A stretch of 64,000 nt of DNA, taken from assembly GCA_051362555.1 (NCBI GenBank), contig CM120645.1:8308001-8372000 (forward strand), written 5' to 3'. Positions 40,201-54,029 of this stretch are shown in pieces. Within the stretch, counting starts at the first letter, position 1. Each line of letters starts with the position of its first letter. The translations under genes were made by a program, and so were the position numbers. The notes beneath the pieces are model-generated. The model was not told where the DNA came from. It made no database searches and saw nothing but the letters and a program-made list of their open reading frames with translations. This DNA comes from Lingula anatina (taxonomy: Eukaryota; Animalia; Brachiopoda).

Positions 40201-41460
40201 CACAGATAACTTTGAAATAAAACTTTGAAATAAAATTGTATCTCCAATTTCCATAATAGTTCACCATTTTTGCAAAAAAAGTAACTGGTGGATAACAAGT
40301 GCATAACAGTGAGTAACCTTGGTCATTTTGAAAATTAAAAAAAAGGAAAGACTATGCTCCATCCGACTTATTAAGTTGAGATCACCTTTTCTGCATTGAC
40401 CACGTATTTTCACATTATTATTTTAGCATTGAAAAACGCGGCCTCTTTACATGACTAATATGTTTATATAGATAATGCAAAGTTTCTCTTTTCTTTTGAA
40501 AGTACAAGCCAAATTGAGGTCACCTTTTCTTCATTAATCATATATTTTCACGTTAATATTTTAGTTTTTGAAAACACGGTCTCTTTTAACTTGGGTTGCA
40601 TATACATATAAGGGAATCAATATGAGAAATATATATATATATATATAATACTGATTCCCTTATATGCGACCGCATAATACCACATCTTTTCTTTGTGTAT
40701 TTTCGCCTGGTTATCCTGCTGGAAATGGCATAAATATTTAAGACTTTCAGAACGATTTTATATGACAGCATACCTTAATGTTCATGTAAACGGCATTCGG
40801 ATCGACATCCACATATATTCTCGTGTACAGTAGAAACTCGTCGGTCTTTAACACAGTGTAAGTCCCTGCAAGACTATTTAGCCCATCCACTTTCCATCGC
40901 TGCATTGCAGACCGGAGCAACGAAAATCTGAGAAAAATTAATTCATTGAAGAATAACAAAACCCTTGTTGTAACAAAAAGATTGATCAGGCGGGGCCCAG
41001 GGGCATTTCCCAAAAAAAATCATGCTTCTAATTATAAAAGAAATCGTAAGATGGGCCGCTCCATCGTTGATTATACATGTATTTAAAAAAGGAAGTTGGA
41101 AGGACCATTGTTTGAAAACTGGTGTTACTTCATCCCTTCAGATACGTCCAATCAGTCAAAATTAGAATAAATAAGACGAAATTGGATAAATTAACAAATC
41201 AAACTAAATAAAATAAATAAGAAATGTATGCCAGTTTATCTTTTCCGAATAAGTAACTCTCTCTCTCTCTCTCATGCAATGCACCCACAGACCAACACAT
41301 AACCTTACTTTAAAACGTTTAATGGATTGCCAGAATCCGCATTATGTTTTATCATTCTGTATCGTCCAATATCAAAGGGTACTCGGGTTGATCCCCCGTT
41401 TTTGGAGACTCTGTTAATGTAAGAAGTATAAGTGTTAAGCTGCAGAAACTGAGAATCAGT

Positions 41461-41513
<53 letters not shown>

Positions 41514-43480
41514 GTTTATTTTATTAAAATTGAAAATTCATTGAGGTGCTTTTACAGAAGGGTCTAATAGTCAATGTAGATCTTCACAAGGCACGAGTGT
41601 CTGTTCCTTATTAGTCTCAAGTTGACAGCGAAGAAAAATGGATATCTAGGACTGGGTTCCCATGCCTAGATTGCTCCATCGGGATCGGTCCAACTCCCTG
41701 TGGAGTCTCACTAAATTGCTATCAACTAACCTGCTTAAATGTCTGTCACGCCTTCCGATTACCCCCTCATAGCTTTACTAGGCGTGACAGACACTTAAGC
41801 CGGGTACGTTGATAGCAATTTAGTGAGACTCCACAGGGAGAGAGATCGATCCAAATATTTGTGGGAATGGTCCCTAGGACTGGGCTTCCATACCTAGATA
41901 GATCTAACAGGATCCATCCCCAAGTGGTTTCAATTATTGCTATCCAAAGGTTAAAACGACTGCTCTTTTCAGGACAACTGTCCATAGGATAGGAAATTTA
42001 TATAGCGGGTAGTGTTAATCATAGACCCCATTTCCAGAGATTAGATCGATCTACTTTAGATCGACCTAACTCCCTGGGGGTTCACGCTAAATAGCTGTCA
42101 GCCGAGCGGACACGAAAGTTAATTACCCTCTTACAGCTTGTAGGCGGGACGGACATTTAAGCGGATTATCTGACAGTAATCTAGTGAGACTCCCCGCGGG
42201 GATAGATCGATCTAAAAGCTCTGGGAATACAGCCATAGGAGAGCGCTATCAAGTTTTGATGAAATTGGGCCATACATACCCTTTTGACATAACAACAGAA
42301 ATTAATATATACCTTCTATAAAGGTCATCGTCCTCGCCTCCCCACCCAAAGTACGTGTTTGGAAAGCCGTTTACCTTACGATATTGTGATTTAGTGAGCA
42401 TGGTCACTCCTCCCATAAGTGTCGGGTAGATGAGTCTGAAATAAAATTGGCGTTCAGTTTTAAATATTAAAGGGATATTAACTCTTCGTATGAGATCTAT
42501 ATTTTACAATAAAAACAATGTAAGCAACTCATAGAATTATAATATATTCTGTTAAACCACAATAACGGCTGTTATAGCTATTATTCTGATATCTTAGCTT
42601 GTCATCAGACCACGTGACCTACATAGATGGCTATACTCTGTAATAATCTCTTAAGAGATTATAACATAAAACCAAACCTTTTAGAAAAAAAAAGAAACTA
42701 ACTTTGATTGTAGAAATGGATTTGCAAATCATTGATAAGGATGGGGAAATTGTTGTTTACTCCTGGAAAATTCATTTTTTGGTCAAAACGAACAGTTATT
42801 ACCCTTTAAGATAATGTTGCTGGTAGAAATGATAAATATGGTGCTCTAAAATCGGCGGAGTTCACACGTAGACGATGAATTGTAAAGTTTGATCTAAGTA
42901 ATTAGTAAAGAGTGTAGAGCTAAACTGTGTTGCGGTTGCAAAATGGAATCATTGCAAAGGCAAGCAAATTAAACCTAAACCACCAAATTCACACGTAAGG
43001 TGGGCCCTACAACTGCAGAATAGGTCTACGGATTAGCGAGAACACTTTATACTTTATGTCACCATCACCCCCCCTTCTCTCTCACACACACATACACACA
43101 TGCGCGCACGCGCGGGCGTTCATGTAAACGCAGATATATGCACATGCAAAAACAAACAAGAACATGATCTCACACACATTTACCCTTCTTTGAACTTATC
43201 AACGTTGGCTGACATGTGTTTCACTTTTTCTGCGCAGTTGTAGAAATTCCACTCGTTTTCTGGTATCAAGTCGACGTCGTGAAGGGCGAAACAGTCGTAC
43301 GAGTCTCTGTCTATTTTAGCTGACTCAACAAACCCTATGTTCATTAGGAGACCTCGGTTGAATAAAGTAGTGGCTTTCTACGAGTAAAAGTAAAATAATG
43401 TAAGGGAGTGAAAGATATACGCGACTCTTCGTAATTGAGTTTTATAGATTATCAAAAGGTTAGCACTTAAAGTGTTCTTG

Positions 43481-43525
<45 letters not shown>

Positions 43526-44978
43526 GAGAGGCGAATTATTTCTCGTCGCCTATGACCAATTATCAAAAGCCTGTTTTATAAGAAAAAAGAGAGAGAGATA
43601 CGTCCACTCTTCTCGAGCAGGCCTACCTGTTCAACTATATAGATTCGATAGTCCAGTTTTTGCTTTTGTAAAAATGGGTGCATGTTGTTCAGGAAGATTC
43701 TTAAGTGTGCGTCGCGGTTACGGAATGGTATAATGATGGCCACGTGCGTTTGAGACGTGCAGTTTTCCGGTTTCCAATAACCGCCGAGTTTTATACCGGT
43801 TTTCAAAAATTTGGCCTCGAGTTCTCCCCACGTTGGCGGAACCAGATTTATCATCCTTCTTCTTTCTAAAATATGTATATATTAACGATCAATTCAGATT
43901 TTTAGAACTGGTTTGCTTTTCAAATAACGAGAAGAGATCTCCTGTTATAGATGTACGGCTATTAATTTCGATATAAGTTTTGATTATTAAGACATAGTTT
44001 AACATAGTAAAACAGTTTAACTTATGGGTCATTCAACTCATTTGATATGAAAAGTTTCAGTTCACTAGGGTGGTACATATAAAACGTATTTTTCTGAATA
44101 ATAGAAACGATTTAATTTAAATTGGAAAAAATGAGGTTTAGTTCAAGCAGGCAATAAAAACGGTTCACAGTTGACAAAATCAGGCTAGAAGATCTTAACA
44201 TTATTTGGCCGTTGGGACAGAGAAAGATATGAATGCTGAAAATAAATGTATTGTAAAATCTTACCTAAACCGTTTATAAATTCTGAGCAGTCATTCAATA
44301 CATTGATCTTCTGTGAAAAGTTGGCATCGTATCCTCCCCATGTTAGTGGAGCCAGATTCATCATTCTTCTTCTTTCTAAAATATGTATATCTTAACGATT
44401 TATTACAGTTCTATAGAACTTGTTTACTTCTCAAGTAACGAGATTAGATCTTCTGTTAACTGTAAGTCTGTTCAACTCTGATTAAACTTTAATTTTAAAT
44501 TATAAAAAAAAGTTTGATGGGTTGTCTAACTCACTGGCCAAAAAGGTTTGTAAGTCGACTTTTTTGAATTATAGAAACCGTTAACTTAAAATTTTGAAAA
44601 AGTGAACAATTTAAAGCGCCGCCGGTTTATAAAAGCAGTTCACAGTTTAAAAAATTGGCCAGGAGATCTTAACACTATTTGCCGTTTGGGCAGAGAAAGA
44701 TATGAATCACCGACAAAAAATGTACTCTAAAACAACTCGCCTAAAGCGATTATAAAATCCGAATAGTTCTTCAATGCAATCCATTTTTTGTGATGCAGTG
44801 TGTCCATGTTTAAATTCAGAGATAGGAAGATAAAAATCGCAGTCACTGAGACTAAGACCATGAATCCCTTTGGTTTCCTTATAATTTGTAACGCGGAGTT
44901 CCTACATCTGCAACTGAGTGACTTGTTGTCGCCGAAGGGATATTCTGTCTTACTGGGGTTTGCCTGTAAACCGTGCAT
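37269..44978 (-). CDS. GT7 beta-1,4-GalNAc/Gal-transferase-like protein with C-terminal EGF-like and C-type lectin domains, copy 2 (581 aa)
   Basis: Minus-strand exons 44978-44741 (GC donor), 44375-44265, 43865-43627, 43377-43184, 42435-42313, 41410-41309, 40927-40774, 40021-39959, 39604-39496, 38325-38146, 37981-37871, 37390-37269 sum to 1746 nt, open. Exon order and phases match copy 1. The lectin has APD/WDD. Confidence 0.85.
38402..38664 (+). mobile_element. Kolobok-like MITE, family D, internally deleted
   Basis: TTAA flanks and ggataat(a/g)actcttcg TIR; matches 45544-45858. Confidence 0.75.
41650..41874. mobile_element. Palindromic Tourist-like MITE related to family A
   Basis: TAG flanks and complementary arms (ccctgtggagtctcactaaattgctatcaac). 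A second truncated start follows it. Confidence 0.7.
42024..42234 (+). mobile_element. Family A MITE, second subfamily
   Basis: ATA target duplication; reverse match to 29751-29964. Confidence 0.8.
42471..42805 (-). mobile_element. Kolobok-like MITE, family D
   Basis: TTAA flanks. The paralogous intron of copy 3 (about 62430) lacks it. Confidence 0.8.
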
Positions 44979-45543
44979 TGGACTTGAACTTGATCACTCA
45001 CAACCTGCAAGTCATACATTTATTAAAATTTTTAATTTTCCTGGATATTTCAATAATTTATTATTTCTCCCCTCATCACCTATGTATTCCACACTGAAAA
45101 CTGTTCATATATAATTAGGCATAACCTGGAATTTTTTCTTCACCATACGTAAGCTGGAGGCAAAGTTGGTCGTAGGCCTTTATCAGACTGACTTGAGTAA
45201 ATGTAGCTACTCCCCGACTGTTTGGTCGTATAGTGGCTAGGACCCTATTGTAAATGTCAGGTAGATCGACCCCCCCCCCCTCCCCCGTCCTTTTTCATGG
45301 GTTGCTGTTGACGGCTGATGTAGATTGCTTCTCGTCTCTTCCATAGGGAGTGATAACATTAACTCACGTCATTCGGATGAAAGGCCTAGAGTGCACGATC
45401 AAGTTGGTCGTAGTCTATAAGGTGTCCCTCGATACCGTTTCAAATCATTTCCATTATTTTCGCCATAGTTATTTCTGTTTAAAGAATTTGCTAAAAGAAT
45501 TAATAACTAATAAACATAGAATTAATAAATAATAAACAATTAA

Positions 45544-45858
45544 AGGGATAATAACTCTTCGTTTCGGCCAAAAAATGAATTTTCCTGGAGTAAACAACAA
45601 TTTCCCCATACTTACCAATGGTTAATGAATCCATTTTTACATTCAAAGGTTTTTTTCCAAAAAGTTTGGTTTTTTGTTAAAATCTCTTAAGAGTACAGCC
45701 ATCAATGGAGGTCACGTGGTCTAAAGACAAGCTCAGATATCAGAATAATAGCTATAACTGCCGTTTTTGTGGTAAAACAGAATATATTATATTTCTATGA
45801 GTCATTTACAATGTTTTTATTGTGAAATATAGATCTCATACGAAGAGTTATTATCCCT
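45544..45858 (+). mobile_element. Kolobok-like MITE, family D
   Basis: TTAA target duplication and TIR agggataataactcttcgt. Absent from the paralogous site near 58385. Confidence 0.85.
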
Positions 45859-46983
45859 TTAATACTGAAGATCGTTAACCACTAAATGTGCAAAAATTTC
45901 GTAAGTCGTCAGTAAATAGCAGAAATCTTTGTCCTTTCGGAACCATTTATACAACATTGCCGGTAATAAGGTTGATTTAACCTTGGCGTTTTGACGGGAC
46001 TGTCTTGACTTGTGAGCTGTACTAGTATTCACTCGCGCTCTCTTATGCTAACGGTCAGGGTCACAAGAGAGTGGGCGTCAATTTGACTGCTTCTATATAC
46101 TGTATATATGACGGGTCAAGGTCACTCACCTGTGCATGACACAACTTCAGATGCTCCTGTTATTTTGCAATTTTATATGGTTTATCATTAGATCTGAAGA
46201 GCGGAAACTGTATGGTATGTTGAACTATATATTTTGAACCATTGAGGGCAGAGTGGAAATATATTATGAATCCAGCAGAGCAAAAATTGGATTTTTTTGT
46301 ACAAGATGAGTAAAGTGAGAAATAGAAACGACATATCCATTGAAGCATGGGGACTACTAGTACTCACCTTTGTGCTGTTGGCTATGATCCATCAATTCAG
46401 TGGTCCTAATTACAGCTATGACTTACCTCTACAGTATAAACTCACTTGCACCAAACTGTTGATGAATACACCTGTGGAAATAGATAAAATGGCTACGCCT
46501 AAGACCAGAAGTTCCAGTAAACAGATTGAGGAGACCCAGAAAATGTAACAGGAAACATAGAATGCATAAGGCGGGACATAAATGTAATGAAGAAAAAATG
46601 GAAAGTCACATCTATTGTGAAGAGCATACATGTAATGAGAATGGGGAATTAGTGGAAGGCCGATAAACAGACCATAGGAACTCGGCCGGGCTAAGAGTGC
46701 AATTTCAAAAAATGTACATATTACTGGCAGCATTCACATCGAGTTGAGCCATGGCTCTACAAAGCCCCGACCTAAATATGGCGGACGTACATGAAAGGAA
46801 AACCGCCTAATCTTTTAATAGTCTCCACGCCTCTCACACGCCTCCCCTTGCATCGTCCCTGCGGGGCTACAGTCATTAAATCTCGGCTCCATTGGGATGA
46901 CACATGGGGAGACGTTTTAGGTTGTGTAAAGATATTATATAAGGATTTAATATATACCCCCACAAGGTTCGCCATTCTACAGA

Positions 46984-48190
46984 ATGGGGGAAGAAAATGA
47001 CATCCTCATGCTAAATGATGTCTTAGAAAATATTGAAATGAAGCATGGTGAACATGAGTTAATACTAGCTGGTGACTTTAATGCAAAATCTGGGGAATTG
47101 GAGGACTTAATTGTGGATGATGATGATGCTACGTATCTTGAAATTGCTGACTGGTATAGAACAGATACATTAAACATGCAAAGGACAAGTCAAGGTGCAG
47201 TGGTGAATACATTTGGGTATAGTCTGATAGACCTTTGTTGTGAACGTAGTGTGCACTTTCTAAATGGTAGAATAGATGACAATAAGGAAGGAAAGTATAC
47301 ATGTGTGACGAATAATGGGGCTAATGTTGTAGCTTACATTATGGTAAGCTCAGAGTTATACAAACAAGTAATCCAATTTGAAATACTTAGAGAAGATCAT
47401 TCAGATCATTTCCCGTTATAAATTAGACAGAAATGTGAGAAAAACCTGGGTTTGGGAAATTAAAAACATGCTTTACTGCCATGGCTTTGGTGAGGTGTGG
47501 GAAAGACAGGGGTGTGGAAATTTTGAGAACTTTATTGTGCTGTTTAGACAAAGATTACTAGATAATTATAGGCAGAACTGGAGTAGTATGGTACACAATT
47601 CAAGCAAACTTCAGGTTTACAGTACTTTCGAATCAGAATTAGTGTGCGAGAGATATCTGTCAGTAGTAACAATAGTTGAACATTGGAGGTGTATGACCAA
47701 ATTCCGAATTTCAAATCATGATTTGATTATTGAAAAAGGTCGACATAATAATGTTGTAAGAGATGAGAGACTATGTGAGCTCTGCCTGTCTAATGGTGAT
47801 GTGTGTATTGAGGGTGAGGAACATGTGTTAAAATATTGTATATGGTATAATGAACTCAGGAAAACATGTGACAGAAGTTTATTATTGTCAGCATGTTTAT
47901 CTTCTCAGGATGATGACTTCAGCAAACTATCAGTCTATTTATATAAATGTAACAGGGACAGAAAAAATTACCTAGAAGACATAGAACAGTGATAGAAATG
48001 TGAAAAGCTCTAATGATATATTTAGTAGTGTATAGAGACATGGTATTGATTAACCTATATGTTTATATATGAATCGGTTGATGTATATTATAATAGTTCT
48101 TTTTTGCACAATGCACAATGTGATCAAAAGAATGGAAATTGTACTCTTGGCCTGATGGCCTAAAATACTGAAAATAAAGAACTTTGAATA
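46984..48190 (+). mobile_element. Internally deleted non-LTR retrotransposon (APE endonuclease joined to the ORF2 C-terminus)
   Basis: ORF 46984-47421 has ILAGDFNA and SDHFPL. ORF 47378-47992 has KFRISNHDLIIEKGRH..RLCELC..EEHVLKYC.WYNELR. The RT core is missing. The 3' end has AATAAA followed by a TA/TAGA tail. Clade not assigned. Confidence 0.8.
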
Positions 48191-48351
48191 TATATATAGA
48201 TAGATAGATAGAGTTTGTAACTTTAAATTGGGATCTTTTTTCCCAGACAATACGATATGATAATAGAAAATAAAGGAAGTGCGTTTCTGAGACATAATAT
48301 GTACAAAGTCATAGAAAATTCTGGCTAAAAATGCATATATATTACAAAATG

Positions 48352-51112
48352 AAAAGTAGGTCAAAGGTCAATTTCAAGGTCACAGTAAGATTGCCCGTAT
48401 ATGACTTCCTATTCGAGTTCAACAGTAACTATGCCAGTTTGGAGATATAAGGGCTGGAAATTTTGCAAAAATCAGTTCATGGTGTAAATTAGGTCAAAGG
48501 TCAATTTTAGGGTCACAGATTGTCAGTATATGACTTCCTATTCAAATCCAATGGTAACTATGGGCGTATCTTTGCCAATTTTGAAAGTATAAGCATAAAA
48601 AAAGTCGCAAAGTGCAGTTCATCATGAAAAGTAGGTCAAAGGTCGATTATAAAGTCACAGTTAGATTGCCAGTATATGACTTCCTATTCAAATTCAATAG
48701 TAACTATGGGCGTATCTTTGCCAGTTTTGAAGGTATAAGATCTGAAAAAGTTGCAAAGTTCAGTTCATAGTGACAGTAGGTCAAAGGTCAAATTTAAGGT
48801 CACAGTTAGATTGCCAGTATATGACTTCCTATTCAAGTTCAAAAGTAACTATGGGCATTTCTTTGCCAGTTTTGGAGATATAAGGACAAGAAAAGTTGCA
48901 AAATTCAGTTTATGGTGAAAAGTAGGTCAAAGGTCAATTTCAAGGTCACAGTTAAATTGCCAGTATATGACTTCCTATTCAACTTCAATAGTAACTATGG
49001 CCCTATCTCGGCCCGTTTTGGAGATAAAAAGGACTAAAATATGTTATACACTCATTGGTAACTTCCAGGCTAGACTATTGCAATTCTATATTATGTGGAT
49101 GTCCAGATGATAAGATCAAAAGATTACAACGCATCCAGAATATCTCAGCACGGCTTTTAATGCTACAGCCTAGGGATTGCCATATCACTCCAATTTTAAA
49201 GCTGGTTACCAGTTAGGGCCAGAATTTTATTTAAGGTTTTAGTTTTTACACATGCTGCTTTTTATAATCTACCTCCACCATATATAACTGATCTAGTCAA
49301 ACATTATAGCCCTCAAAGATCCCTGAGGTCTGGTGACAAACTTTTACTGAAAGTTCCAAAATCAAGGTTAAAATCATATGGTGACATATCATTTTGTGTA
49401 GCTGCACCAGTAGAGTGGAATAAGTTGCCAATTTTTGTTAGACAAATAGAATCACAAGAATCTTTTAAAAAGGAATTAAAAACTCATATTTTTAAGACAT
49501 TTTATTCATGAATCTTAAATTTTACAATTTTAAAGAAACCTTGGAATTTTTACTTTTAATTACTGTTTATTACAATTAAGTTAGTTTAGCTCTTATTTAT
49601 ATAAAGTATATCTTAACCATTTTTATCTATAAACTTCTTTGTATTTTATGTTGTACAGTCTATTGAACATTTTATGGATTTTAGACTTGAAATAAATATA
49701 TTATTATTAAATATATTATAAAATGTCCCAAACTTCAGATTATGGTGAAAAGTAGGTCAAAGGTCAATTTCAAGGTCAAAGTTAAATTGCCAATATATGA
49801 CTTCCTATTCAACTTCAATAGTAACTATGAACCTATCTCTGCCAGTTTTGGAGATAAAAGGGAACGAAAATTTGGAAAGTTCAGTTCATGGTGAAAAGTA
49901 GGTCAAAGGTCAATGTTAAGGTCACAGTTAAATTGCCTCTAATGACATCCTATTCAAGTTCAATAGTAACTTGGGCGTATCTTTGCCAATTTTGAAAGTA
50001 TAAGCATTAAAAAGTTGCAAAGTTCAGTTCATGGTGAAAAGTAGGTCAAGGCTCAATTTCAAGGTCACAGTTAAATTGCCAGTATATGACTTCCTATTCA
50101 ACTTAAATAGTAGCTATGGACCTATCTCTGCCAGTTTTGGAGATATAAGGGACTAAATGTTACAATTTTGGAGTTACAATAATGTGCCATAAATTTCCTA
50201 CAAAGAAAATGTCATTTTGGTTGAAATTCTTGAAATGGGAGGTGCTCAGAAGTTCCAGATGTTCAAATTTCATGAAAAAATGTCATTTTTGACCAGAAGT
50301 TGTCTGCCTCGCCAAGCCTTATGTTTTATTTTCCAGAGGTTCAAAATTTATTATACATTACCGTATTGCACATTTTGCTTTCACCAACACAATTTACTTT
50401 TTAACACAGCATAACTCGTAAACCGTATGGAAATAAAAAAAACGGAGACCACCCCCAGTGTTGGGCTTGACATACTTTACAAAACGCAAAAAAGAACAGG
50501 TCTCTAGCATTAACGGTTCCTGAATTAGAGACAGTTTTCAGTTTCGGTATCTTATGGCCGCTACTCCCGTGAAAATGCACCGATTGATCCCAAACTCATG
50601 GAGATGAAAGATGACCTGAAGGGTATCACCTGCCAATAATATTATAGTTAAGGTCTGTGTAGTTCCTGAATATGAGTGCAAATAATTTTTTCGTATAAAT
50701 TTTTTTTCTTTTTTTGAAAATTTTGGCCCGTTTGACCTTGAAATAAAAGTCAAAGGTCAAATCCAAGGGCATATTTGAAATCTCCACATATGACTTTCGG
50801 TCAGCCGTCTGTAGAAATTTTTCCCCTAATTCCTTCGGTATGGTAGATATTTAGCATTTAATTTTGCCAATTTTGGACAAGGGTGCAATGCGACGAGCGC
50901 CACACCTAGACCCTAGCACCGACGAATCCCAAATTTTACGTGGAACGAGTTGAGATTATAGGTGACCTAAATCCAAGAGATGGGTACGTAGGCCTCTGTA
51001 GTCTAGGAGGAGAAGCGGTAACGGTGACTTGGCGGCGGAGCCGCAGGAGCCGACGAAACATACGGGTTGGGACTAAAACCATGGGTACCGCCAGCGTCGT
51101 GGTGGTACAATA
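48352..51112. repeat. Putative non-autonomous element containing a tandem array of about 145-bp units
   Basis: Units start at 48358, 48491, 48633, 48778, 48924, 49754, 49900 and 50043 (aggtcaaaggtca...tatgacttcctattc). Terminal hairpin gtaccgcc/ggtggtac at 51085-51108. The whole block is absent from the opposite palindrome arm (junction near 57165). Confidence 0.75.
49045..49720 (+). mobile_element. 3' fragment of an L2/CR1-group LINE inserted into the tandem array
   Basis: Reads IHSLVTSRLDYCNSILCG..RLQRIQNISARL..HITPIL (frameshift) WLPVRARILFKVL..RSLRS..YGDISFCVAAPVEWNKLP..SFKKELKTHIF*, then an AT-rich 3' UTR with AATAAA and (TAT)n. Confidence 0.85.
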
Positions 51113-52589
51113 AATGAAGTCAGGCGCAATCCAGACAGAACTTACATGTCATGCGAAGCTTATGAATGTATATTAATCAAAGAAGTGCGGGTGCGTTTCA
51201 TAATTTACGCTTGGGGTTACAGGCTCAAGACCCAAAAACAAGCAAAATACTACTTATACCTATAAACCATCAATAAAAACAGCTACCAGGGTGCGATTTA
51301 TTATTTAATACAACACAACTCCTGCAAAAAACTGTGCAAATGGAGCAGTAGCTCAATTTAATATGATCTTAAATGCGGCTGGACGAAAGACAGGTAACAA
51401 CCATTGCGCTCCTTTTTCTCATAATTACCTGTAAGTTGTGTCAGGTTGTTAATACCAAACAGCGAAGACTGTCGTAGGAATACTGTTACAGCTTGTTGGT
51501 CTTAAATCTTCAATCTTCGAATAACCAGTCCTCACGCTCCTTGTGACCGATAGTTTGGTAGTACTGCAAGCTTCAATAAGCACCGTTTCTTAAAGTTTCC
51601 TACTGCTGTGGAGCGAAAGAGTGAAAGTGACTGAGTGTTTATCTCCCCGTGCACAGCTGGTGTCGCTTGCAAGTTAACCACATCAACGCCCCCAAGCGGG
51701 CATCTAAATCAAGTGATCACGAGATGAAAAGCGGGATGGTCTTGGAATTTACATATTGGGGATGTCGTGAGATTGGGAAAATTGCTATTTCTTTTGCAAC
51801 TTTGGATTACCTGAAGACGCACGTTGCATAGGACATTCGTATATATATATGTCCAACGACAATGCCCCTGAGTATCTGGATCTACATATAATACATTAAG
51901 GAAAAATTGCATATTTTTCTGGTTCTGGGTCGTGTGAAAAAATTTAAAAATCAATTAAGTGATTATTCTATAATATCATTGATTGCCTTGCTGGAACCTT
52001 GATTTGTCTCCTGTATTCAACTTACTTCTCATTCATTTCCTCTGGATTATAACAAAGTTTTACTTTCGACAAATACACCAATTAAGTGCGTTTATAATCA
52101 TTTCCAGTATATACATGTATATTCTTTAGGTAGGGCTTTATTTCTCTATTCATTAAAACAATTTGGATGCAGTCCTACGGTCAACTTTACCTGCCCAGAG
52201 GCCTAAGGCTACTTTCAATAAAATGCGCTGTTTTTGTTTTTCACATGAACTCTGTTGAAGAGGTTATTTGGGCAACTTAAGTGTGTGTCGCATTCCAAGA
52301 AATGCCCACATAACCTCGAGTATTGAATATTCATTCAAAATTGATGAAAGTTTTTTTAAATAAGTTACTGAAGGCACGAGCTATATAAAAAAATTTCGAA
52401 ATATCATCATGAATGAAGGACAAGTATTGACAACCATTTATTTACATGTACTTAAAAATTTGGACACTTTAAGAAGGTGGGGGCCAAAAATGTGATTCAG
52501 CGTTTTTACTCGTCCTTCGTGTGTTCCAGTGCAGTGTTTAACGGACATAGAGCATTATATGCCTCAACGATGTTTTTAACAAAAAAAAA

Positions 52590-54020
52590 ATGTTAGATTC
52601 TTCAGACAAAGGGAAAATTGCGGAAAATATCCATGAAAAATTAATTGTACTTCGAACAGTATTCAAGTTACTGGCCACCCACCTTCAGACCCCATCTGAG
52701 CTCTGTTTCTCTGTCTATCCCCCAGCTATGGCCATCGGTATGCTAGTGGTCAGTTGTAGGATACCAAGGGCGTTAGTGTAGTGGCTCACTGGAATCGAGA
52801 AAAATTCTGCAATTGTTTTAACTATAAATAATATACTGGGCCATTAGGATGAATAATTTGGTCAGTCTGTTACATAAAGCACTATTTGGTTTTTTATTAT
52901 TATTAAATGCATTGTATTGCAAACATTATATTATATTATATTATATTATATTATATTATATTATATTATATTATATTATATTATATTATATATTGTTTAT
53001 CGTGAATCAAACAGAGCTAGTGATCCTGTCAAATATAATGAAGGACGTGAAATGAATTACTGGGGAAACAAGTCCTTAAGTAGCCAGGAAATTATCATTG
53101 GACGTCAGGCCCCATTACGGAAATAAACCGCATAAACTACGTCCATAAAAAGTAATGAAGGAAGTAGAAAACAAGATCATTTTCACTATCACCAACAACA
53201 ACAAGGAGCGCGTTTCACAAAAAATCTTCAGTCAATCAGCTTAAATTCTCGCTTAATAAGACATCGCTATAGCCGACTTACAGGTTGTTTCATTTTAAAA
53301 AAGAAGCCTACATTCTAACTTTTTTAAGCTCCATTTTTTTTTTTTTTTTTTTTTGGGGGGGGGGGGGGGTCTTTTGACAACCTCTCCTCGAAGTTTTTAT
53401 ATGCAGTGGTAAAAGTAGCCCATTTCGGTTGTATTTATTGTAAAGCAATTATTTTTTATATTTCTTAAACCTACATGTATATCACGAAGCTGACTTTGCG
53501 TACATGAAGTCGGCTATCCAATTTTAGCAGCTTTAGTTCAAGAGTTTCAGGCTTTTTGTAAAACGGACCCCAGTATATATTGAATAGCACCTGTACACGC
53601 TAAGCACATTTTACAATGGTGATGGCAGTTCGTTCATTCAATTGTCTGTTACTTGTGTTACAAATGGCCGCAATACAACACTGCAACGGTGGAGGAGTGT
53701 GGCGAACGCTGCATAGTGAGTAAATTCTTTCCAAACTACATGTAATATTTAAAACTAACGTCTTTCATAAGCACGTCTCTGTCGTTTTGACGGCAACGGC
53801 AGACACACGCTGAAGATTTTTTTAGAATAAACTCTAAAGCTTGGAGTAAAGGAAGCAACATCCCTCTGGTCGCTGATATACAACATTTCCTTTACTTTGG
53901 TCCTCGTGTGATAGGTAATCTATGATCGAGTTGAAGCTCCATAAATACATCATTACCAACAGAACATTGCAAACAAACCAGACTTCCGTTGTCCAAAACA
54001 ACGGACTTTTGAATATCTAG
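52590..54020 (-). pseudogene. SLC43 pseudogene fragment (end of exon 4, intron 4, exon 5)
   Basis: Reverse match to about 27025-28400, including the (ATATA)n tract. Exon 5 (52683-52788) has an 11-nt frameshifting deletion, and the exon 4 donor is lost. Confidence 0.85.
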
Positions 54021-54029
54021 TTTTTTGGG

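Noticed and set aside
48352-50160. Regularly spaced repeats resembling a CRISPR array
   Set aside because: Whole units are homologous with no unique spacers, there are no cas genes, and the context is eukaryotic.
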